Shown piece after piece: positions 57,417 through 64,000 of a stretch of DNA of 64,000 nt; positions within the stretch are counted from its first letter, which is position 1, and each line of letters starts with the position of its first letter. Below the pieces are notes generated by a model, which made no database searches, had not been told where the DNA came from, and saw only the letters and a program-made list of their open reading frames with translations. This DNA comes from Escherichia phage T5, in sequence record AY692264.1; one strand, written 5' to 3'. The translations under genes and the position numbers were made by a program.

Positions 57417-58312
57417 TATTTTCTTTCTCCAAAGAAGTTTATTTCTACAGGGTCTGAATCAGCAGTAGGGATTACGTCATACTCTACCTGATACAAATCT
57501 GAGAAGTTTAGGCGTTTTGAAATACGTGCTAAAGGGAATGTTATAGAAACATATTTATTTTTAATAATTAGTGGAGTTCTTGTTTCAGGATCTAGATTCA
57601 AGAACTTATCTCCTACCAATCTCTTAACATAATAGAAAGCTAGCGTTGCGGAAGCATTCATCTCATTGACATAAGCTCGTTTATTAGTATAAATTTTATT
57701 TATATCAAATATATTTCTATCTTCTCTCCAAGAACATTGTTGCTGGAAAGACATAGATGCTGAAATTAGCGCTGGCAACGGAGAGCTATTAGTGTACACA
57801 GCAGGAGCGCTATATGGAAGAACTTCACCCTGTGTAATTGTATATCCATCTCGGAAAGTAGATACTTCAGAGAATTTTCCAGACTCAATACCAACATTTA
57901 GGATCGGTATACTCTTATCTAGAGAAAAATCAACTGTTGATACATAACAGTTTTCGAAATAAATACAGCTATTATTATGATTAATAATATACATATTGAA
58001 CATAATAGGTTCAATATTGGGAGTATTTCTTGGCAAAAATAAAGAATTTCCCTCACGCGTGAATCCCATCCAATCAAAGAAGTTAGATTCAATAAGCGTA
58101 GTACTGAAATTTATTGCCAATGAAATAGATGAAGGATCTTGAGCATTAATAATAGAGTCTGCATAGTTTGTACGATTATGAATAGTACGTCTAAGAGTTT
58201 TAAACTCTTGAAAAGACGTACTAGCGTCATAGTTAGAGAGGGCATCGAAATGATACCCTCTACCGTCATACTCAATAACTATTTTAGACTCTCGCATGAG
58301 AGAATAAAACAT
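57416..58312 (-). CDS. tail protein (T5 p140-like)
   Basis: 298 aa; immediately downstream of major tail tube gene. Confidence 0.5.
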   Translation of the reverse strand: MFYSLMRESKIVIEYDGRGYHFDALSNYDASTSFQEFKTLRRTIHNRTNYADSIINAQDPSSISLAINFSTTLIESNFFDWMGFTREGNSLFLPRNTPNIEPIMFNMYIINHNNSCIYFENCYVSTVDFSLDKSIPILNVGIESGKFSEVSTFRDGYTITQGEVLPYSAPAVYTNSSPLPALISASMSFQQQCSWREDRNIFDINKIYTNKRAYVNEMNASATLAFYYVKRLVGDKFLNLDPETRTPLIIKNKYVSITFPLARISKRLNFSDLYQVEYDVIPTADSDPVEINFFGERK

Positions 58313-58316
58313 TTAA

Positions 58317-59711
58317 TTAACCACCTGCTGTTACAGTAATAACTTTAGTGCCTTTAACACCAGAGCCGTCTTTAGCCGTGGCTTCAACAGTTACCGCACC
58401 GGTTTTACTAGCATCTGCTCTTAGTAACCCTGTTGCATTGATAGTAGCTGCATCACCGGCAGTGATAGCCCAAGTAACTTCCTTATTCCTTGCGGAAGAA
58501 GGAGTAACTTCAACACTCATCTGAAGAGTAGCTGATCGATTTAATGTAGTAACATTTCCAGCAGACTTAACAGTAATTGCGGTTACAGCATCAGTAGCAC
58601 CGTCACCATTAACAATTAGATTATTAATAGTTGTTCTAGTATACTTACTAGAGAAGCCTAAGTAACCTTCGTCACCAGCATCCAGATCTGACGGAATAGC
58701 CTTAAATTCTACTGAAGTACCAAGTACATCATCAGTCTCAATAGTAGGAATATTAACGTGCGCCTGTTTAGCTACTAGAATAGCTGCAGGACGTTCATCA
58801 TCATACTCGCCACCAAGTACTAGGGCGATTTCAAAGCGGTTAACTACCTTCAGAGTTTTGATAAGATCTTTATACAGTTCCATAGAACCAAGAGATTTAT
58901 CATTCAGGTAAGCAGTTAATGAACCAGTTAATTCAAAAGCACCAGTAAAGGAACCAATTGGAATAGTAACACGGGACATTACATTAGGTGTTAGGTAAGT
59001 AATGTTGTTGTTAATAGTAAAAGTACCACCGGTAATTGGTATATCATAAGACTTATTGGTATCCATGTCCTTGATCTTCAAGATCGTTAGTTTGTTTTTA
59101 ATGTAAGAACCCTGGATAGTCATATAAGTTTCATCATCAATACCTATTTGATCTGGATCAAATGGTTGCTCATCCAGTGGGATTAGCTGGTTACCATTAC
59201 CAGACCAAGTTACACGACCAATATCTTCAATATCAACGTTAACTTCTGCCTGATTAATCTGACAGGAATCGATATAACTCCACGTTTTATCAGTCAGAAT
59301 GTAAATATGTAGCATTGCTAACTCATGATAGGAATTATCTTTAAAGTTAACCATGAAGTTAGTAGCATTATTATGTGCTCCAGTAGTTCCTTCAAGATTA
59401 ATAGCTCTACCACTAGAAAGTGCATGCCATAACATATAGTCAGGAACAATTTGTTTGCTAGTATTTTTATCTTTATACGGCAGGATATAAGTAGAGAAAC
59501 TCCACTCAGCTGCGTTTAAAGAGTCGTTAAAACGTTTAGAACCACGAGTTGGACGCGGACCAGCTTCATTAACAGTAATATCTGTTGAGTTACTGTCCTG
59601 ACCCCAAGAAATATCATCCTGAACTAGAATCTCTTGCGTGTTGGTCTTATTATGACCAGTCTTAACCGTAGACACGAAGATTCGAGTATTACGTAATAGT
59701 TGTAAAGACAT
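58317..59711 (-). CDS. major tail tube protein (T5 pb6-like) with C-terminal Ig-like domain
   Basis: 464 aa; C-terminal BIG2-like region (VTVEATAKDGSGVKGTKVITVTAGG). Confidence 0.8.
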   Translation of the reverse strand: MSLQLLRNTRIFVSTVKTGHNKTNTQEILVQDDISWGQDSNSTDITVNEAGPRPTRGSKRFNDSLNAAEWSFSTYILPYKDKNTSKQIVPDYMLWHALSSGRAINLEGTTGAHNNATNFMVNFKDNSYHELAMLHIYILTDKTWSYIDSCQINQAEVNVDIEDIGRVTWSGNGNQLIPLDEQPFDPDQIGIDDETYMTIQGSYIKNKLTILKIKDMDTNKSYDIPITGGTFTINNNITYLTPNVMSRVTIPIGSFTGAFELTGSLTAYLNDKSLGSMELYKDLIKTLKVVNRFEIALVLGGEYDDERPAAILVAKQAHVNIPTIETDDVLGTSVEFKAIPSDLDAGDEGYLGFSSKYTRTTINNLIVNGDGATDAVTAITVKSAGNVTTLNRSATLQMSVEVTPSSARNKEVTWAITAGDAATINATGLLRADASKTGAVTVEATAKDGSGVKGTKVITVTAGG

Positions 59712-59737
59712 TTAATTATTTTCTCCTAATCTGTAAC

Positions 59738-60223
59738 TTATCTGCGAAGTGACCTACGTGGAGGCTGATACCTCACTGTTACATTTATTTCTGCTAAACC
59801 ATATGGGGCCAGTAGACCCTCATCTGTACTAACTGATGTAATGATCATATCAGTTGCCTCACATGGGAAGGTCGATCCATTAGGTTTACTAACAGTATAT
59901 TCTAAATTTCCACCTGTGTCAATAACGGTTTTTATATCCGCTACGAGTTTTTCAAGTTGCTCTTGAATGTCTGTTTTCTCTTTATCGTACACCAGGATTG
60001 GAAGTTCTAAAAACATCCACTGTTGGCCTGAAGGAAGATACTGCCCAGTTTCAGTTCCGATATGAACTGCTACATAAGGAAACTCTCGTATTTCCTCAAA
60101 TTTATAAGTTTGACGAGAAACGTTTCCATATAGGTTATTAAAATATTCGTCAGGTTGAGAACCATCCATTTGTTTAGAGATTCGGTCAACCATAGCTTGT
60201 GCAATACTTGTTCTATGATCCAT
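59738..60223 (-). CDS. tail terminator protein (T5 p142-like)
   Basis: 161 aa; directly upstream of tail tube gene in transcription order. Confidence 0.55.
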   Translation of the reverse strand: MDHRTSIAQAMVDRISKQMDGSQPDEYFNNLYGNVSRQTYKFEEIREFPYVAVHIGTETGQYLPSGQQWMFLELPILVYDKEKTDIQEQLEKLVADIKTVIDTGGNLEYTVSKPNGSTFPCEATDMIITSVSTDEGLLAPYGLAEINVTVRYQPPRRSLRR

Positions 60224-60226
60224 TTA

Positions 60227-60994
60227 TTAGGTTCCTTGATTAACCTTAATTTTATATCTGGAGTGAATCAGGTCTCTTGCAGCTTTTGCTATAGCCTCAC
60301 CAATAAGTTTTTGTGGGTTTCTAGCGCCAGGATAAGGTCGTAGGGATAATCTTCTATATGTAGATACTGCCGGATTGAACACAGAATATGGACGAGTCAT
60401 ATAGTTATATGTTACGTTTAATTCAGGAGAGCCTTTACTAGTTTCAGAATCACGAAGCATAACATCTTTAATTTTTAAAGAGTTTGCAAAGCGACCAGTT
60501 CTAAACTTTAATGGTGCTCCAGCTTTTTTCATATCCTTTATTAAGTATTCTTTAGCAACTATTTCTAGTATAATCTTCATATTGCTGTTAGACACAAAAC
60601 GTCCAGAAGCACCTGTTACTGCACCAGAATATCCATCTTCAACATCACTAGGATCACCAAAGTTTACCTGTACCCTACCAGTAGAACGTTTTTTACCTAC
60701 TGAGGATTTTTTACCGGCGGTTGCTTGTATTAGATTCTCCAGAGCACCTAAATCTCCAGAAAGATCTAAACTAGAGGATACAGCTTTTAGTATAGAAGCT
60801 GTCCTAATGTTAAGGAGATCTTGTGATACAGGTTTTGAAAACTTAAAGGATACTTGAGCAACAGTACCATCTCTGGTAGGATCTTTTAACCCTGTTTCAA
60901 CAGAGTATACAACAGTATTCTTATTGTTTTCAGATCGGCTTGCAGTATCTAGCTGCTCTTTAATAATTTGTCTAGCTAGATCAGAAAGAGACAT
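60227..60994 (-). CDS. tail completion / head-tail joining protein
   Basis: 255 aa; position between capsid and tail genes. Confidence 0.5.
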   Translation of the reverse strand: MSLSDLARQIIKEQLDTASRSENNKNTVVYSVETGLKDPTRDGTVAQVSFKFSKPVSQDLLNIRTASILKAVSSSLDLSGDLGALENLIQATAGKKSSVGKKRSTGRVQVNFGDPSDVEDGYSGAVTGASGRFVSNSNMKIILEIVAKEYLIKDMKKAGAPLKFRTGRFANSLKIKDVMLRDSETSKGSPELNVTYNYMTRPYSVFNPAVSTYRRLSLRPYPGARNPQKLIGEAIAKAARDLIHSRYKIKVNQGT

Positions 60995-61506
60995 TATACT
61001 CTCCTATACACTTCAATAATAGTACGAATATGCTCTGGAATACCAGATTTAGTGTTATTGAAGGTTACTGTTTCACCACCAATTGTTCTAGCTTGGCGAT
61101 AATCTTGTTTGTGCCAATGATCTACTAGCATACATGCTGCAAGTTTGAGATCCTCAGGCATTGGGTTAAACCCATCCTGTGTATATTCTACGTCCATATA
61201 ACCTTCTGGAGGATTAAATTTAAGAAGTATAACCCCATCAGAATACAACTTATACTGTTCAGGATCTATCTCCTTATCATTAATAGTCATTTTGGTTACT
61301 GAAGTAGCTGAGGGAGAACTTAAAAAGTATTTTTTACGAGTAGGTTTTGTAGTGATTAACTGGTCTACTGCGTCAGCATCATCCATACCTAAAAGGCTAG
61401 TAATCAGCGCATTGGCAGCAGTAATCATCACCTCTACTCCAGATTCTAGTTCCGGTCGTTTTAAACCACCATATAATCTATAGTCTTCAGCTGTGATTAT
61501 TTGCAT
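60994..61506 (-). CDS. head completion protein
   Basis: 170 aa; first gene after the capsid-gene terminator. Confidence 0.5.
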   Translation of the reverse strand: MQIITAEDYRLYGGLKRPELESGVEVMITAANALITSLLGMDDADAVDQLITTKPTRKKYFLSSPSATSVTKMTINDKEIDPEQYKLYSDGVILLKFNPPEGYMDVEYTQDGFNPMPEDLKLAACMLVDHWHKQDYRQARTIGGETVTFNNTKSGIPEHIRTIIEVYRRV

Positions 61507-61520
61507 TTATTTTTCCCAAT

Positions 61521-61546
61521 AAAAAAGGAGAGCCGAAGCTCTCCTT
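61521..61546 (-). terminator. rho-independent terminator after major capsid gene
   Basis: Hairpin AGGAGAGC-ttcg-GCTCTCCT followed by TTTTTTATTGG on minus strand. Confidence 0.7.
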
Positions 61547-61565
61547 ATCGGCTGAAAAGCCTGTA

Positions 61566-62942
61566 TTAAGACGCAGCGTAAGTACCAGATACAACGCCAT
61601 TTGCAAAGTAACGTTGCAGGTTAACACGCTGAGTAACGTAGTACGCATCACGCTGTTTACCAGCTTGGCGCTCACGTTCAACAGTAACAGCGCGCTGACG
61701 TGGCATTACGAAGTTATCTTTATAAACAATAACTGCGAACTCTGCTGAGTTAGCTTTAGCTGGGAAATACTCGGAAACTACAACCGGCAGACCATAAATA
61801 CGACCAACCTGACCTTGCAGTTTAACAGAATCGTTACCAACCTGGGCAACATCCTGCCATTCTTCATCTTCCAGCAGATCGTAGTAAGCATCCATAGATA
61901 CGATCAGTACCAGTTTGCTCAGTTTCAGACCATGACGACCCAGTTTACGACGCAGTTTGGAGATAGTTTTAGCAGTTACTAGAACAGAACCATCAGCTTT
62001 AGCCTCAGTAACAACCTTAGCACTATCTTCACTAGCAAGGGTCAGCAGACCTTTCGGCTTACCAGAACCATCACCAGTCATGAAAGCTTCTTCGATAGAA
62101 ACAGCGTGTGCTTCAATCAGACGCTTACGCAACAGCGGCAGCAGGGAGAAGATTGCATCTTCTTCAGTTTCATCAGTAATAAAGGACTTGGCAGCCAGTT
62201 TGTAAGTACTGAAGTGGATTTCTTTAAGAGCTCCTTTAACTTCCTCACCAGTAGTTGTATCGGTACCATAAGTAGAAGCAGCAACCCAAGTAGCTTTACC
62301 AGCATCCGGTTCAACCAGCATAGTAAGAATCTTACTGGACATCGGCAGTTCTTCGAACAGTGCGCCAACTACCAGCTCTTTCTGCAGGTCGCGGATAATA
62401 CGCTGAGAGAAAATAGTTTCATAGCTTTCACTAGAAACTTCTACGGAAGAAGACTGATTCACTGCTTTCAGGTGTCTCTGACCATGCTCGGTCTCGAATA
62501 CGCCTTTTTCCATTACATAAGATAACAGAACCAGTTTTTCTACTTCGTCTTCAAAGTTTTCCTGAGTACCATACAGTGCTTTAGCTACGCTATCACCGAC
62601 GAAGGAACGACCTTCACGAGCTGTCAGCAGAGATTTGATTTCATCCTGAAGACCAACAATAGTTTCCTGCTGTTTTTCTACTGTCTGCGCAAACAGTTCA
62701 TTACTCTTCTTAGATTTCTCATCCAGCGACTTAACCAGTTCCAGAGCCTCTTCCAGACGCTTACGGTCTTCGCCAACTGCTTTAGAAACCAGGTCATTCA
62801 TACGAGCCAGTTCTTTTTCTTCCTGCTCTTTACGCATACGTTCAGCTTCCTGAGCTTTCTGAGCAGCGGTCAGACCTTCCAGAGATTTAGCCAGATCACC
62901 CAGACCAAGTTCTTCTTTCAGCTTATTAATATCAATAGTCAT
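61566..62942 (-). CDS. major capsid protein precursor (T5 pb8-like) with N-terminal scaffolding domain
   Basis: 458 aa; N-terminal charged coiled coil consistent with a cleaved delta domain. Confidence 0.85.
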   Translation of the reverse strand: MTIDINKLKEELGLGDLAKSLEGLTAAQKAQEAERMRKEQEEKELARMNDLVSKAVGEDRKRLEEALELVKSLDEKSKKSNELFAQTVEKQQETIVGLQDEIKSLLTAREGRSFVGDSVAKALYGTQENFEDEVEKLVLLSYVMEKGVFETEHGQRHLKAVNQSSSVEVSSESYETIFSQRIIRDLQKELVVGALFEELPMSSKILTMLVEPDAGKATWVAASTYGTDTTTGEEVKGALKEIHFSTYKLAAKSFITDETEEDAIFSLLPLLRKRLIEAHAVSIEEAFMTGDGSGKPKGLLTLASEDSAKVVTEAKADGSVLVTAKTISKLRRKLGRHGLKLSKLVLIVSMDAYYDLLEDEEWQDVAQVGNDSVKLQGQVGRIYGLPVVVSEYFPAKANSAEFAVIVYKDNFVMPRQRAVTVERERQAGKQRDAYYVTQRVNLQRYFANGVVSGTYAAS

Positions 62943-62959
62943 TTTTAAATAATTCTCCG

Positions 62960-63592
62960 TTATTCTTTAACGTAGCCTAAAGCTATCGCAAGTTTTTCTA
63001 GTTCAGAAAGATTACGTTCTTGAGCTGGGACAGCTTTAGAACTTATTGCAGTAAAAGATTTACGCCATTCAGTATAATCATGACCATTCATGCTCTTAGC
63101 GAGATTGAATGTTGAGTCCTGATTACAAGGTACAGAAACTACCGAAACTTCGTATAGTTCTAAATCTTTAATAATAAATATATCAGTAGCTTCATCCCAC
63201 TCTGCATCTAGGCAGCGGAATCCGATACTAAAAGTTTTCAGTACACCGTTTTTAATTAGTGAAAAGATAGCCGGGTCAGAACTTTCATAGATCTCACATT
63301 CGATTTCGAGACCCATTTCAGTAGGGTTAAGATCAATACACTTACCGATTGGACGACGATGATCGTGTCCGAAAAGAATAATCGGGTTTTTCATGTAGTT
63401 AGTAAGTGCATTAGACGTTTTCCACGCAGAAGCAGGAATTACATCACCAGCGCGATCTTTACTAATTGTGTTAGCGAATCCACGGATTTTTACAACACCT
63501 TCTTTGGATTCGCTATCAATAGATTTAATATAAGCATCTAAATGAACGGGTGCTGATTTTAACTTGTTATAGTCAATAGCAGCTTGTGTCAT
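62960..63592 (-). CDS. prohead protease (T5 pb11-like)
   Basis: 210 aa; directly upstream of major capsid gene. Confidence 0.75.
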   Translation of the reverse strand: MTQAAIDYNKLKSAPVHLDAYIKSIDSESKEGVVKIRGFANTISKDRAGDVIPASAWKTSNALTNYMKNPIILFGHDHRRPIGKCIDLNPTEMGLEIECEIYESSDPAIFSLIKNGVLKTFSIGFRCLDAEWDEATDIFIIKDLELYEVSVVSVPCNQDSTFNLAKSMNGHDYTEWRKSFTAISSKAVPAQERNLSELEKLAIALGYVKE

Positions 63593-63595
63593 TTA

Positions 63596-64000
63596 TTAGC
63601 CTCCAGGAACAGTAGGATTAACTGTCACAGCACATGTAGTAGAATCCTTACTTACTTGCTTACTATCTGTTACAGTTACTTTATAAGAGCCGGCATCCTC
63701 AGCTGCTGCTGTAGGCTTAGTATAGGTAGCTCCTGAAGCATCCGGAATAGGAGAACCATCTTTAGTCCATGCATAAGTATATGGACCAGTACCACCAGTT
63801 GCAGTAACAGAAAGTGTTAATGCTGCTCCCTCTTCAACTGACATGCTAGCAGTTAAATCTTTAGAAAGAGTTAATGGTGGAGCCGGTGGGGCCGGAGGAA
63901 TTGCTTTACCATAAGCCTCTACAAATTTCTTCCATACTTTACGGTTAGTATGCGCAGATGAAAGCCCTAGTTCTCTACGCAGAAAAGCATAGCTAGGAAC
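63596..64000 (-). CDS. capsid decoration protein with Ig-like domain (T5 pb10-like), partial
   Basis: Reading frame is open to the window edge; C-terminal Ig-like sequence TLSVTATGGTGPYTYAWTKDG...YKVTVTD; N-terminus lies outside the window. Confidence 0.6.
   Translation of the reverse strand, partial: VPSYAFLRRELGLSSAHTNRKVWKKFVEAYGKAIPPAPPAPPLTLSKDLTASMSVEEGAALTLSVTATGGTGPYTYAWTKDGSPIPDASGATYTKPTAAAEDAGSYKVTVTDSKQVSKDSTTCAVTVNPTVPGG

Noticed and set aside
1-64000. CRISPR array, integrase or attachment site, reverse transcriptase or retron, toxin-antitoxin pair
   Set aside because: No regularly spaced direct repeats, no tyrosine or serine recombinase motifs, no RT motif, and no recognisable TA pair were seen by eye; the window looks like a strictly lytic phage.

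Overview
This window reads as a T5-like (Tequintavirus-type) lytic siphophage segment; the call rests on gene order and on protein lengths that match T5 from memory (Pol 855 aa, D15 291 aa, pb2 1219 aa, pb6 464 aa, pb8 458 aa, pb1 1396 aa), since no database search could be run. Layout: (1) 1-2080, a minus-strand tRNA cluster (Val, Lys, Met/Ile-CAT, Pro, Asp plus one atypical 120-nt tRNA-like element) with small ORFs; (2) 2085-13393, minus-strand early genes including a secreted SleB-like hydrolase, a DEDDh exonuclease, RNase H, the coupled operon nrdA-HNH-nrdB-frd-thyA and phoH; (3) 13755-41597, plus-strand early/replication genes (nrdD, an accessory island with a Sir2-like gene, UL9-like SF2 helicase, PC4-like protein, split NAD-dependent ligase, DnaB-like helicase, primase, family-A polymerase, D10-like helicase, SbcCD-like pair, flap endonuclease, dUTPase) with three HNH endonucleases interspersed; (4) 41825-64000, minus-strand late genes (L-shaped tail fiber, p132/pb4/pb3/pb9-like tip proteins, tape measure, chaperones, tail tube, head-tail proteins, major capsid, prohead protease, partial decoration protein). 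The early regions carry many near-consensus sigma70 promoters (TTGCTA/TTGACA, 17 bp, TATAAT) with a conserved leader. No integrase, CRISPR array, reverse transcriptase or recognisable toxin-antitoxin pair was seen. No single obviously new multi-gene system stands out; the most suggestive loci are the 15.7-18.9 kb accessory island, the iteron-like region upstream of the UL9-like helicase, the atypical tRNA-like element, and a GIY-YIG/T5orf172-like gene embedded in the tail operon. Hand-located coordinates (tRNAs, promoters, terminators, small ORFs) are approximate to about +/-2 nt; CDS ends follow the supplied ORF track, with starts re-chosen where an internal start has a better RBS.
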